From Antedon mediterranea (taxonomy: Eukaryota > Animalia > Echinodermata), in NCBI RefSeq assembly GCF_964355755.1, contig NC_092672.1, forward strand, positions 33,796,437-33,860,436: a stretch of 64,000 nt of DNA, written 5' to 3'. The position numbers and the translations under genes were made by a program. The notes below the pieces were generated by a model. It had not been told where the DNA came from and ran no database searches. It saw only the letters and a list, made by a program, of their open reading frames with translations. Within the stretch, counting starts at the first letter, position 1; each line of letters opens with the position of its first letter. Positions 1 through 13,440 of this stretch are shown here, piece by piece.

Positions 1-257
1 TAGTTTTATTAGCTCAATCGCATGATTATGTTTGGCTAGGCCGGCCTTCTGTGCTGAATTTGCAAACTTGACCTGATGGCATTGACGTTTTCCGCTTGAA
101 CCTGTTTGAAAGTTTTTGTGGCTTGCGGGCTAGCTTAGGTCTACAGTACATTGTTGGGTTATTATTGTTGTCCGTAGTAAGCTAAAAATGATTTAATTTT
201 AAGGTTTTACAAAGTATAGGCCTCTAACTTGTTAATTGCAATTTTATTAATAATTAG

Positions 258-3200
258 GTTTCACGTAAAGAAGATTTAAGAAATACACTCCATGAGAAAT
301 TATCAGAACTTGGTGATGAATCCTTCGAGGAAAACAACTTTTCATTTGAAACTCAACAATCAAGTTTTGAAAGTGCTGCAGTTGATGATTTATTGAACAA
401 TTCAGAAGAACAAACACGATTAAAAGACTGTTCGGAAGAAGTAAAAGAATTTGAGATGAAAAGAAAAGCAAATGAAGATGAAGAGGAGGAGTCTGAAAAT
501 GAGGAGACGGTTTCGAGACTGGATGAAAGAATTCCTCCGAAGGTTTCTAAAACTGGAGATGGTGCCGGAGAAAATAAAGTGCCCTCACCATCTACAGCGA
601 AAGCAGAACTATTGACATTAAAACAAAGAAAGGAAAGTCCTTCACCTAAACAAGGTAAATAACAGTCCAGTCAAAAATTTAAAGAATTTAACTTGACTGA
701 AGTACATACTGACTCGCCCCCATTTAAGATAACTTCTATGTTCACATTCAGTGGCATCACTACTGTAGTACTGGTTGAAGTGAACCATCTTCACAGAGAC
801 GTCCCTGGTAGCCATTGACATGAAGTTGGCATTTGGATTTACTACTTTTAAATGTTTTTGGCACATGTGCTTATTGTTAAAAATTAATGTTACCTTATCT
901 ACAGCTTCAGAAACCAGCAAACCCGGAAAGACTAATTCACAGACAACTAAATTTTCAAAATCAACTTCTCAATCATCATCCAAGCCAGGTTCGCCAGCGT
1001 CCATATGGGCAACAGCCAAGTTTTCCGTCCATGTTTTCGAAGGACACAACGATCTCATTGGTGCTGTGGACTGTTTAGGAGATACCATTATATCTGGAGG
1101 GTATGTAAATTGTTTAGAAAGATATTGTTAATTGTTAAATGGAGATACTATTATATTACAAGAGTAGGTGTTGTGTGTATTTAATTGTGTTTACAATTTA
1201 TATTATATAGTCGAGATACTATGGTGAAAATCTGGAACATGGAGAACAAGGAAGAACAGCATAGTTTTGGAGGTCATACGGGTACTGTGACCTCAGTTAA
1301 GCTGCTAGATTCAATAGAAAATCGCAGGCTTGGTGAGTAGAAACAGGGAGTTGTAAAATCAACAACTCCCTGGTAGAACCAAGTACAGTATTTATACTTT
1401 AGGCCCACCTCAAAATTGGTAGTAATTCTTATACAAATGATCAATATGGAATCTTTAATCTTTTATTTATGTAATTAATTTTTAAATGATTTTGTTTCAT
1501 TAGAAAATGTTGTAGATGATTTACCTGAAGGCTGTCAACTTGCACTAAGTAGTTCGCTGGACTGTTCCATTAAGCTCTGGTGTATTTCATCTGCTACAAT
1601 GGTACGGTCCATGTACACGTACAATCCTGTAACATGTATGGGCTACTTTCCTGGTGTAGGATACATTGTCTCGGGCTCCGGTAAGGATAAGTTAACAAAT
1701 TAATTACAATCTATAATTCAAGAAATGACCAACTATAAGTAGCTTTAAATATTATTGTAATGCTTTGTAATGGCCATATATATTTAATATTAACCTTTTT
1801 CTGTAGATGGTGGTAAAGTGGAATTGTGGGATATTGAATCTGGAAACAACTTATTTTCAACATTAGCACATGATTCTGTGACGTGTATTTGGGTAAGTGT
1901 CCAACAAACCAAAGCAATAATCAATTGACTACACAGCTTTCGAGTCGCAAAGTCATTTTGCACATGCTCAGAATCATGAATATTAAACACCTCCTTTGTC
2001 ATATTTGAAATGGTTTAGAATTTGCTACTTTGGCGTTCCATACTTGCAATGTGTAAATACTGAGAAAACATTATTTCCTAATATTGAAATATTTATTAAT
2101 TATTTATTAGGTTGATGGCAGTCATGCATTTACTGGAGCAGAAGAAGGCATTATAAAGGTTTGGGAACTGCGTGAAAAGTCATTAGTGACTTTATACAGC
2201 TCGGAAAACATTGAATTAGCGCCCTCTAGAAAGCTCTCTGTAGAACCTGTGAAATGCCTTACGTCGTTCAATCAGAAAATATACTACGGAAACGACGGCC
2301 AGAATATAAAAGTTTTATCATGGAAAGCAGGTATATATTTACTTGTTGGAGCAATAGAAAGCAGTATTGATTAAAATTGAAAATTGTATTTGATTGAATT
2401 GATATTGATAGCTAAATATTTGCTGGTTGTATTTTTTGAAAAATGAGGTATGTTCCAACAAATCAAAGTTAATTTACCAAAACATTTGCTTGTTTGTTAG
2501 TGTTGTGCTAATTGTTATGCCAATTATATTTTGTACATCTTGCAAAAGTTTTCCGGTACAGTAGATATAAAAGTGGCAATATTAATTTAATTCATCTCTC
2601 CAGGTAAATTAACAAAATTGAAAAACCATACAAGCGATTTTGGGTTAACAGATTCAGTGGCTGTGAAGGATGGCTTGCTGATCTCAACAGGTCTTGATGT
2701 AGATAGTGGAAATTCTTTTGTAAATGGTAAGTGAAACCTGCTCTTAAAAGCCTAGCTTTTCTATTTTGAGCCAAAAGAAATCCTCCTGGACGTAAATCCT
2801 AATCTAACTTTTCTATTTTTGAGCCAAAACAAACTTCTGGACATAAAGCCTAGCCAAACATTTATATTCTGAGCCAAAGGAAAAACCTCCTGGACATAAA
2901 GCCTGGCTCAAATTTTCTATTTTGAGCCAAAACGAATGAACTTCTTCTGGAAGCCAGTTTAGAATAGCTTTTCTTTTTTTGTGAAAATACATTATTGGAT
3001 AAAGTGTCTCTTATATTTTTGTTTTTTTCTTTAGAAATTGTTTTTTTTTTATTTTTTCTATGTAAAGTCAGGTGCCATATTTTCTTTGTTTCATAACCTC
3101 AACTTGCACACTCTTTCTAAATTACATTTATGCATCTAAATAATAATAAATTAAATTTATAAAGCGCTTCATAATTACAGAAACAAACTCTAAATACATT

Positions 3201-4733
3201 TTGTTATTTTTTTACTTAGTACGAGTTTTGCCAGAGGAAATCTATGTAGCAACAGTTACTGATGAGGATGTTGGTCGCATTGTAAAGATAGCAATTTCTA
3301 AGAATAGGGAAGGCACTTTGCGACTAGTAACTGTGGGAAGTGAGTTAATTGTCTGGGACCTGGAACGACAAAAAAATAGGTGGGCGCTTGATTGATTGAT
3401 TGATTTTATTCGATATTCATACATAAAAAGTTAAAATATACAATGTATTAAAAGAATACCTGGATAACCCATTAAGTCGACAAAAAAGTAAACTTATTTC
3501 CAATGGGGTCCAATCCGTAATGACTGAAAAGTGAGTGGTTGGGCCTAGTACAATTATCATTAAGTATGACTCAGTAAAAATGAAAAAACAAGAAAATACA
3601 TTTTTCTTAGAGGTTTTATTCTATAGAAGTTCAATCATTAAAAAAATGTATCACAATTGAACCTGGAGTTTCCCTTTAAATCATTTTTGTTTTGTTTTAT
3701 AACTCCAGGTTTAAAATAAAAAGTCTAAAGGGAAATCGGATTTAACATTTTGAAAAAGAGCTTAAAGAGCAACTCCAGGTTCAACATAAAAAAAGAGCTT
3801 AAAGGGCAACTCCAGGTTTAACATAAAAAAAGAGATTAAAAAGCATTACCAGGTTTAACATTTTTTAAAGAGTTTAAAGGGCAACGCCATGTATAACATA
3901 AAAAAGAGCTTAAAGGGCAACTCCAGGTTCAACATAAAAAAAGAGCTTAAAGGGTACTGGGTTCAACTTAATTAAAAGCTTAAAGGGCAACTCCGGGTTG
4001 AACCTAAATAAGAGCAACTCCAGGTTCAACCTAAACAAAAGAGGTTAAGGATAACTCCAGGTTAAACTTAAAAAGAGCTTAAAGGGCAACTCCAGGCTTA
4101 ATATAAAAAAAACAGTTTAAAGGGCATCTCCAGGTTCAACACAACAATAAAGAGCTTAAAGGGCAATTCCGGGTTCAACCTAAATAAGAGGTTAAAGGGC
4201 AACTCCGGGTTAAACCTAAATAAGAGCTCAAAAGATAGCTTCAGGCTCAACACATAAAGAGCTTAAAGGGCAACTCCGGTTAGAACATAAATAGATCTTA
4301 AAGGGTTACTCCAGGCTCAACACACAAAAAAAGAGCTTAAAGGGCAACTCCAGGTTCAACATAAAAGAGCTTAAAGGGCAACTCCATGCTCATGAAAAAA
4401 AAGCTTCAAGGACTACTACAGGTTCGTTATATATATATATTTTGAAAAATAAGCTTTTTTATGGTGAATTTTAACATAAAAAAATAGCAACTACATTAAA
4501 TTATAAAAAAACAAAAATAAAGAGTGTTTAAACCTTTTCCCCACAGAAATCCAGAAAGTATATCCATTGAGTTCATATCATCTTTATCAACCAAAGCATG
4601 TGACACTGATCAAGACTCTGATTCTGATGTCAGCTCCGATGAAGATTATGGAAGCATCCGAACCCAGAGGCGACGGTCTTCTACAAATAGCACCAAACAA
4701 AATCCTTCCTGGTCTTGGTGTTCTGTTATTTAA
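258..4733 (+). CDS. WD40-repeat protein with acidic/Ser-rich low-complexity N-terminal region and C-terminal CaaX motif; 5' end not identified in the window
   Basis: GT-AG exons 258-654, 905-1100, 1211-1332, 1504-1680, 1807-1892, 2111-2330, 2604-2726, 3220-3379, 4547-4733 join in one frame (1668 nt incl. stop). WD motifs: FEGHNDLIGAV..ISGGRDTMVKIWN, FGGHTGTVTSV, LSSSLDCSIKLW, VSGSDGGKVELWD, FTGAEEGIIKVWE, LIVWD. Ends SWSWCSVI-stop. First exon begins at an AG acceptor, no start ATG assigned. Confidence 0.88.
2745..2940. repeat. Degenerate intronic tandem repeat, about 4 units of ~50 bp
   Basis: Recurring aaagcctag..ttttctattttgagccaaa..ctcctggac motif. Confidence 0.6.
3700..4425. repeat. Intronic minisatellite, ~35-40 bp unit (aaaagagcttaaagggcaactccaggttcaacat)
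   Basis: Many imperfect tandem copies in the last WD40 intron; one inverted copy near 3657-3680. Confidence 0.9.
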
Positions 4734-4764
4734 ATTCATTATTTAAAATTTATTAAAATTTTTA

Positions 4765-4900
4765 AAGCTATCTAAATGTGATGTGCCCGTATATGGACAT
4801 GATGATGTCATTTTACTACCACCTTTGGGCATACCACTACCATATATGGGCACATCACATTTTTTTGTCACATCAAGTTTAATAGTCTAGACAGAGCTTT
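4765..4900. mobile_element. MITE family 2 copy in the WD40 3' region
   Basis: Palindromic core gtgatgtgccc..atggacatgatgatgtca..gggcacatcac and terminus tagacagagcttt. Related copies near 18084-18250, 18830-18960, 34171-34291, 37500-37650, 38175-38305. Confidence 0.65.
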
Positions 4901-5279
4901 CTTCCATCAGAAAAAAATAATATTAGTCTTCTTTTGCGCATTTTGACGTGGTATATAATTATTACAGTATCTTCTCCAGCTCAGACAAATTATTTTTTAA
5001 ACTTATGTACATGTCTGATCACAAGCTAATTTCTGATTTCAAGTAAGTTCCGCATTGTTCTTGAATAAGACAGGTCTTTAAGAACAGCAGCCCTGGTCTA
5101 AAAAAATGCACTGTTATTATTAACATAAGTGCAGTGTCAGTAACGAGCTCGTCTTAAATATTGCTCTGGTGTGAAATAATTACCACTCTATACAATTCTG
5201 TCTCTCTGCTGTCAATATTAGCCGCTCATTTCACATAAGTGTCTGACATACTGTAAGCATGAACTAATTATACAGGTAC

Positions 5280-5810
5280 GTGTTTTCAAAATAAGTCGGG
5301 CAGTAAGTTCTCTTGGCCTATATTAGATTAGCATGAAGTAACATAAGAATATTCGATTGTTATTCATCGTTGCTTACAACCCAAAAGTACTTATCAATAT
5401 CGACGTTTCTATGGGTTAGTTAATTATTAAAGTTTGTTATACATAACTCCCGTTGCTATTACATAAAGCGAATACGATATTGATATTCGTGCATTTTCTC
5501 GAACAGCAAATTAAAGTCTAAAGTTTGTTTGTAGAATCTGAAAGGGCAAAACAAGAATTGGAAATTTTGCTTTCATGTTTGTTACGCGTATATGGAATGT
5601 GATATTAAACCTCCACAAACGTCACCTTATCACTTCTACGGACACGCTAACACAGCAATGTCAACGAACTGGGCAAATACAATGCAACGCAGTACGAGTG
5701 TATGCAGCTTTGTCGAAAGGACGCGCGTTGCCTAGCTTTTACGTACGCTGCTGATACGCAAGAGTGCGCGACGTTTGATCGGGATAGCGTCACTGGACCG
5801 CAATACATGA
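5280..5810 (+). pseudogene. Relic copy of the paralogue A upstream region plus truncated exon 1 (PAN)
   Basis: 5585-5810 is nearly identical to the PAN exon but has a 1-nt deletion (gtcaacgaa vs gtcaaacgaa), no signal peptide ORF, and ends at a MITE. Upstream blocks tgttttcaaaataagtc and attcgtgcattt recur at 6344 and 6649. Confidence 0.85.
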
Positions 5811-5933
5811 ACGTTTTAACCAATGACAAGCGATGTTATAAACAGTTAGCAATCACAAGCGAATAAGCCATGATTGGTCAATTCACTTGCGTTGCGTTAC
5901 GTCCTTGTGTTGCGTGCTAGTGGGAACCACGCT
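5811..5933. mobile_element. Partial MITE family 1 copy abutting the exon-1 relic
   Basis: Matches the reverse complement of the element at 16546-16724, ending ctagtgggaaccacgct. Confidence 0.75.
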
Positions 5934-6770
5934 GTGGCGGTGACGTTACAGTGACACGGTTGAAAGGAGCCATTGTGAAGTTTACCGCTTGGAGTTATCC
6001 AAGCGGGGGGTAGGTCTCTTTACGTTTTAGAATGTTATCGTAAATGTGCGATAGTTCATATGCTCCTTGAAACTTGACACTATATTGGATCATATAGAAG
6101 TAACTTTTTTCACATTACATTATCAGATCCAAATGAACTTATTTAATAATCTCTGGTCTCGTAAAAAAAATTCTGCTCGCAGTTAGGCGTTAATCTCTGG
6201 TCTCGTAAAAAAAACTCTGCTCGCAGTTAGGCGCCGCATTGTCTCTATTAAAGTTTAATATCGAGAGCACATAATACTTGAAATGAATCTCTCTTTCACA
6301 TACCGCTGTCATCATTTAACAGTGGTAACGATTATTATAATAATGTTTTCAAAATAAGTCAGGATAAGTAATGTCTTGATTGGCCAATAATATATTGGTG
6401 TTCGATTGGCATTAAGTAACTTAACCTAAGTAACAATTATAATCGATATCGTCGCTTATAGTTAAACTACCAAAATTAATGTATTGATAGTTTTTCTAGT
6501 TATTGATTTTTCTAAATATACTCGCGTACCGGTATTGATTATTGGAATTTCTAAATATACTCGCGTATTGATTAATGGAATTTCTATATGTCGTATTGGT
6601 GTTAATTATTATACTGTACAATGTTTTAATATGAGTATGGTAATGGACATTCGTGCATTTACTCGAACAACTTATTAAATGAAAGGCGAGTTTTAAGTTT
6701 TGTTTTTTTAAGTTTGGTTCTTTGTACAATTTGAAAGGACAAACTAAGAAGTGTATATATCTTTTTGAAA

Positions 6771-9700
6771 ATGGCTAATGCTTTTGCGACGACTGTTTTT
6801 TTAGCTGTTTTGATGTTAACCAGTTGTAACGCGTATGTGGAATGTGATGTCAAACCACCACAAACGTCACCTTATCACTTCTACGGACACGCTAACACAG
6901 CAATGTCAAACGAACTTGGCAAATACAATGCAACGCAATACGAGTGTATGCAGCTTTGTCGAAAGGACGCACGTTGCCTAGGCTTTACGTACGCTGCTGA
7001 TACGCAAGAGTGCGCGACGTTTGATCGGGATAGCGTCACTGGACCGGAACACATGGAGACGGTATCTGGTGTCTGGTTCTATGACATGCGTCGAAAAAAA
7101 AATAATCGAGTAAGTATATCGAATTTTTTTACATTTGTGTAACATATTTCAGCATTTGTTTGCCGGCCTGCCTGCTGGGAAGCTTTACCAAATATAGAAA
7201 TTGTCCATTTACGTTTTGCACAGCAGGCCAGAAATGTCTCGTTAGCATTCAATATCCTAAAAAGTCCTTATAGGTCTATAGAAAACCCATATTGTGGACA
7301 TCGGCCTCAACAGGCCCTGTTGTGGATAGAAAACAAATTAAGCTCTATAGAGAGATTTCATCAACTTCTATCAACAGAAATTTCTCTATACCATTCAATA
7401 CCCCAAAAATCCTTACGATGGGCAGTTCTTATATGGAAATCCCCTATTGTGGTGGACAACACGGCCTTAACAGGTTTCACCAATCCCATCAGCAAAAATG
7501 GCCCCTATAGCATTCAATATCATCGTTTGCCGTGAAAAGAACCAATTTTAATGAATAAATTGATTAACGTTGTTCAATTCATTTCTTGTATTATTATTAT
7601 TATTATTAAGCTGATCTGTTTAAATTGTATCTGACTGTGGGCCTACATCCGATGTATTATTGTATAATACATACATTTGTTTCTATGTGCAGTAGCTAGA
7701 CGTGTGCATTTGTAGTTAGGTTTTGCAGCCTGTAGGCCTACTGAAGACAATACAGTCATTTGTTTTTAAACATAAAAATGTTTCTGTCATGACATTCAAA
7801 AGAATAAAATATAAAATCAATTTGGCGTACCAAATGATCTGTAGTATTGATATACATATGGTTCATTATCATACTCTGTTAAACAATCAATACATACAAG
7901 TCATGTTGAATCTATATAAAAATGTACGTAAGGGAAAAATTCGGTAAATCGCGCCTTCTAGAATTTTTACTCGATGGTGTATAAAGTTGGTTTGTACTTC
8001 CGGTACTGAATTTAACCACCTGATGTAACCCTGTTTAATAAATTTCATTTGGAGTACCAAACTCCTATGATCTGTAGTATCAGCTGGAGCCGTACATATT
8101 GGGCATTATGTATTATTAGATTAAACAATCAATACAAGACTGTCAACATAATTTGTTTTCACTGCTTGTTTTGTAGTTACCGTAATGACGTCACAACATA
8201 AACATTTATTTATGTTTTAAAAAGTTAAAGCCGCTTTCCCACTAAAGACTAAATTTTATTTTTTAGTATTACAGTATTAAAAATAGCTTTCATAGAAGTA
8301 TGTTGTTCCCGTTGCCCCTGCTTATCTTCCAACTGGAATTTTTTTTATAGAGTTATGTAGGAAGATGCCAAACAAGTAACCGATGCTTTAACGGAGGCTC
8401 GTGTGTCAATGACTGCTCAGAACAAGGATACTCCTGCGCATGCCCAGTACAATTTCATGGGAAATTGTGTGAAAGTGGTAAATTTCTTGCACATAATCAA
8501 CAACCTACCTTGATTACATATACACGTAATCTCTTACGTCATAATATTACATTAATTAGTCGTTTAATTGGTTAAATTCAAGTATATTTTTGTATAAATG
8601 TTTTTGTAAAATGATCAACTTTTTTCAGGATTTATCCACGACTATGAGTTTAAATCAAACGTTGTTGGTATATCATCAGCAAGCAATACGGCGTTCACAT
8701 ACAAGAACAAACATTATCTTGTGATTGGAGGATAGTAAGTATTCAATCACGAGGAGAGTAGGGGAGGAGGGAGGAAAGAGGAGAAGGAGAGGGAGTAAAG
8801 AGGAGGAGATGGATGGAAGAGGAGGAGGAAGGGAGGCAGGAGGAGGAGAAGGAGGAGGAAAGCGAGGAAAGAGGAGGAGAGGAAGGAAAGAGGAGGAGAA
8901 GAGGGAAAATAGGGGGAGGAGGAGTGGAGGGAAGAGGAGGAGGAGGAGAGGGAGGAAAAAGGATGAGGAGAGGAAGGAAAGAGGATGAGGAGAGGAAGGA
9001 AAGAGGAGGAGGAGAGGGAGGGAAGGGAGGAGTGGAGTGGAGGGAAGAGAAGAAGAAAAGGGAGAAGAGGGAGGAGGAGGAGAGGGAGGAGAGGGAAGAG
9101 GAGGAGGAGGAGGAGAGGGAGGAAAGAGGAGGAGGAGAGGCAGGAAAGAGGAGGAGGAGAGGCAGGAAAGAGGAGGAGGAGAGGCAGGAAAGAGGAGGAG
9201 GAGAGGCAGGAAAGAGAAGGAGGAGGAGAGGCAGGAAAGAGAAGGAGGAGGAGAGGCAGGAAAGAGAAGGAGGAGGAGAGGCAGGAAAGAGAAGGAGGAG
9301 GAGAGGCAGGAAAGAGAAGGAGAGAGAGGGAAGAGGAGGAGAGAGGGGATGAGGAGTGAGGGAGGAGAAGATGGGGAAGAGGAGAGGGAGGGGAGGAAGA
9401 GAGAGTGGCGGAGGGGAGGAAAAGGAGGAGACGGCGACAGTGATGAGTAACTACTGACACATGCTTATTCCTTTATATTTTTATTTTTTAGTTTTAAATT
9501 ATATTTCTAAACCCTCATTAAATTTGGTTTCAGTATGGGCATTTCTGAAACACCAACAAAGGTGTACATATACAGCAATGCTGATGATATATATACCTAC
9601 CATCAAGATTTGGCTTCAACAACATCAGATATTGAGAACTTTATCATTAATGATCAACTTTATATTTTTGCCGCTGTTTATGAAACCTATGGTGTAGCCA

Positions 9701-12700
9701 ATGCATACATTAGAGATTCCTATCTTTACAAATTGAACATACATACAGGTACGTACTGTGTAGTGTTTTATTTCAATCTTTATTATTTATACCATAGAGA
9801 TATTATATATCTCTATGTTTATACGAACATATAAACGACACATACAAACGAATCGGAAAATGTTAAAATTGGGGTTGTTCTTGGTAGCTATCATCACGTA
9901 ATTTTGTTGCACGCATATTGGTCTTGGTCAATGTTTACATATATGACGCTTTTATATAACGTGTGCGGAAAATGAAATTGTATTTAAAATATCATTACAT
10001 TTCAGGTTTGTTCGAACAACACCAAACGATTGTAACACAGGGTGTGAGGTCCGCATCATATTTACAATTGGCTGAAAATCATTATTTACTTGTTGCTAAC
10101 TACTACGGGACGTCATATGAAGTTGACACCGAAGTGTATAGATGGAATTTTACCAGTAACCTATTCGTTGAGTATGTCCAGCTACCGAGTCATGGTGCTA
10201 TCACTGGTAAACTATTCTCAATGGACGGTGCATTGTACGCGGCAATAGCAAACTATTACGGGACCACTGATGGAACCGCAGTGAAATCTCAAGTTTGGAG
10301 AGTGACTAGAGGAGCACGTAAGTATGAACATGGATTAAAGAATAGAAGTGTATGCATCGATGGTGACATCAAACGATTTTCCAACGCGCTTGCCTATACT
10401 AAAGCACTGCTGTCAATCAAACAAACACGCTCATTGAACTCGGTGTCTCTAACCGCGGCCCTCTATAGAACGCTGCGAATCAACTGTTACATTTTTTAGA
10501 ACAAAACGTAACCATGTAGAAATCGTATGCGCAGTCTGATTGTTCTATTGGCATGCGTGCGTTGATGATTAATTGACAATAGCAATACATTGCTGAGCAA
10601 TTCTGTTTTAATTTCATCACAATCGGACTACGAAAAGTTAACTTTCTTACGACCGGTAATTTTAAGTAGTTGGTAATATTAATAAAATATGCAATTTTTA
10701 TATTTGAATTATCATATTGGCCTGCCACTTCCTGTCATTAAAATTTGCGTTAATCTATAGAATATTAAGTTATGCATTTCACCATGTTTGTCGTTACCGT
10801 GTCTTGTGGTGTCAAGTACAACAAACGTGTTTTTAATATATGGCTAAGCAGTGGTTTCTTCATAAACCTCCTTAATTATCGATATGATTATATTTAAAAT
10901 GTAGTACCAGGTGATTGGCTAGTGGTTATGTCATCCACATCATATCCAATCACCGGGCCTAATCGAATGAAAGCTGCGATCCCTGATCCGGGATTGGCTG
11001 GCTATGTATAGCTGCGATACGTCACCACTGACCGTACTACTCTCTAGCGCTCGTTTTGAAAAGTAGACGCATAAAACATAAAAGTACCTTGTCTATTACT
11101 GTAATTTCATTCCTACAAGAAGTAGACAACGGTGAGTATAGATATTATGATTACACGTTGTAGCTGCTACACGTAAGATTAGCCTACTAATAGGCCTACA
11201 TAGGAGGCCTATATCAATGTCGGCGAATCATAGGGTTTACTAGTAAGCCTAGAAGGCCTGGGCGGCCTAGTGTTCTTGCCGAGTTTGTAATTTTACATGT
11301 AGGCTGAGACAAAATCTAGTTGTTGTCTCAAACAAACGTGTTTTTAATATTTGGCTAAGCAGTGGTTTCTTCATAAATGAGACAACAACTAGTTGGCTAC
11401 TAAACAGGTAGAAAAATGCTATACTTCAAGGTCATAAAAACATTAGCGTAGATCAATAGCGGCAGATTTTGAACATTGGCAAAATTCATGTTTTTTTTTA
11501 ACCCAAAGGGTACTACAATTTACAAGCAATTTGTATTTAATCTTGTAATTACATTTAGTAATAATCTTGTAATATTTCTGGGAGATCGTTTAATTTGAAT
11601 TCGTCGCATAAAGTTTTTCTCGTCGCCATAGCAGCTAGCGCTAAAAATATAAAATATCTATCATGCCACCAAGATAAGAGCGCGCGAAAGCATAGCCAAC
11701 AAGGTTGAAGGTTGTTGCGCATGTGCAGAAAACAATATATTAGGCACGCGACCGTTTCGTTGTTAACGACGGTTAATTAAACTGTTAATGTTGTAACATT
11801 GTGGGCGGTCTGTCGGTTAGAGTCATAGAATCTTTGATCTCCAACTGATGTATATCCTTCTATTCCTTGGTATGAACTATTAAGGAAAATTAAAATTACT
11901 TTAACGGTGATGTAAAACTTATATTGAAGATACCTTGTTTATTAGGGGTTTATATTGGCTGTTTTCAAGATAGCGGCAGCCGAGCATTGTCAGATGCCGC
12001 TACCAGCTCTAGCAGCATGACAATTGAGTATTGTATCAACCATTGCTTCAACCATGGGAGTCCCTATGCTGGCGTACAATCATCATCACAATGTTTCTGC
12101 GGAACGACGTATGCAAAGTACTCACAGCGTTCTGAAAGTGAATGTTCGACAATATGTAATGGAAATTCGCAACAAATATGTGGGGGAAGCTGGAGGAACT
12201 CGGTATATACAACAGGTAAGTAAACAACAAATAAGAATATTATTCTTTAGTAGGATTTACAGGTACGTATATTTCGAGTAAAAGTCCAGACGTGCCTCCA
12301 TTCAATACACGCCATTGCGTGTATATTTCGAGTAAATGTACAGACGTGCCTCCAGTCAATACACGCCATCGACTGCATATTTCGAGTAAAAGTACAGACG
12401 TGCCTCCAGTCAATATACGTCATCGCGTGCATATTTTGATTAAATGTACAGACGTGCCTCCAGTCAATACACGCTATCGCGTGCATATTTTGAGTAAACA
12501 TACAGACGTGCTTCCAGTCAATACACGCTATCGCGTGCATATTTCGAGTAATTGTACTGACGTCGTGCCTCCAGTCAATACACGCTATCGGGTGCATATT
12601 TCAGGTAAATGATGTACAGGCGTGCTTCCAGTCAACACACGCTGTCGCGTGTATATTTCGAGTAAAAGTAAACAATGTTAATTTTTTTTAAACTAACGCA

Positions 12701-13440
12701 ACTTAGTTCAATATGCCAGCCCGTGTGTTTACGAGTAGAAGTATTGTAAAATTAAACACATATTCAATATCTCCATATGTATATATTGCAGGTATACCTT
12801 TATTATTATAATAGTCATACAGTTTGACTTTTCAGGTCGTGCTGAACTAGTACAGTCACTTGACGAATCGAACGCTGGCTCAACTGGAATCGACACATTT
12901 ACAAATAACGGAGATACTTACTTAGTAGTTGTGAATCATCATAACTGTATACAGAACACAATAGTGTACATATGGGACAAATCGACTGATGAATTTCAAA
13001 TTCATCAACGTATTCCCGTTGAACACTGTCCCTACAGATCTACCATTTTCAAAGTAAGTATAATTTGAACACTGTGCAATCACTTGGATTAGTACATTGA
13101 TAGGCCTATATCTAGGAATGTTCCCTTAAAGGTTACCTTCTTGTATTAATGTAATTTTCTTAATTTTGTTCAGGTTGGCGGAGAAGTGTTCATGATATTA
13201 ACCACACTCAGAACGGATTATAGTGGAAGTGTCAATGTTGAACATTATACTACGTCATCACCGATATTTAAACTTGAGGGCAGTATGTTCGTTAGATACG
13301 GAGCCATAACATCCCATGAATGTTATTTCATTTCTTTTTTTGAGCGAGATGGGGAGTACTTTTTAGGTCAGTCGAATCAACGAAATGCCGATGATGGAAG
13401 CAAAACTGATCCAAGTTTTAACATATACCAATGGGTGTAG
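6771..13440 (+). CDS. Paralogue A: secreted SP-PAN-EGF-(EAR/EPTP)4-WSC-(EAR/EPTP)3 protein, 617 aa
   Basis: Exons 6771-7109, 8351-8477, 8629-8734, 9534-9748, 10006-10317, 11946-12215, 12836-13053, 13174-13440; all GT-AG, 1854 nt open to TAG. Signal peptide MANAFATTVFLAVLMLTSCNA. PAN ECMQLCRKDARCLGFTY..ECATF. EGF CFNGGSC..YSCACPVQFHGKLCE. EAR-like FEQHQTIVTQG..YLLVANYY..EVYRWN. Confidence 0.88.
8750..9440. repeat. Polypurine (GGA/GAG) satellite in intron 3 of paralogue A
   Basis: ~690 bp almost entirely A/G on + strand, with an internal higher-order unit gagaggcaggaaagagaaggaggag. Confidence 0.95.
11946..12215 (+). CDS. WSC domain cassette exon of paralogue A (phase 1-1, 270 nt)
   Basis: YIGCFQD..RAL..SMTIEYCINHC..YAGVQ..QCFCG..SECSTICNGNSQQICGGSWRNSVY is the 8-Cys WSC pattern. 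Confidence 0.92.
12267..12670. repeat. 54-bp tandem minisatellite, ~7.5 copies, in the intron after the WSC exon of A
   Basis: atttcgagta recurs at 12271, 12325, 12379; unit atatttcgagtaaaagtacagacgtgcctccagtcaatacacgccatcgcgtgc. Confidence 0.92.

Noticed and set aside
6147-6232. 43-bp direct repeat upstream of A as a regulatory element
   Set aside because: Simple two-copy duplication with no counterpart upstream of other paralogues and no supporting motif.
8725-9460. Several long Glu/Arg/Gly-rich and Ser/Leu/Pro-rich ORFs
   Set aside because: They are translations of a stop-free GA satellite inside an intron of paralogue A.
12247-12670. CRISPR-like array or Cys/His repeat protein
   Set aside because: Head-to-tail 54-bp units with no unique spacers, no cas genes, eukaryotic intron; the ORFs reflect the 54-nt period.
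6771-13440. Assigning gene symbols TSPEAR, LGI or KREMEN
   Set aside because: Only single domain types are shared; no LamG/TSP-N, LRR, kringle, CUB or transmembrane segment is present.
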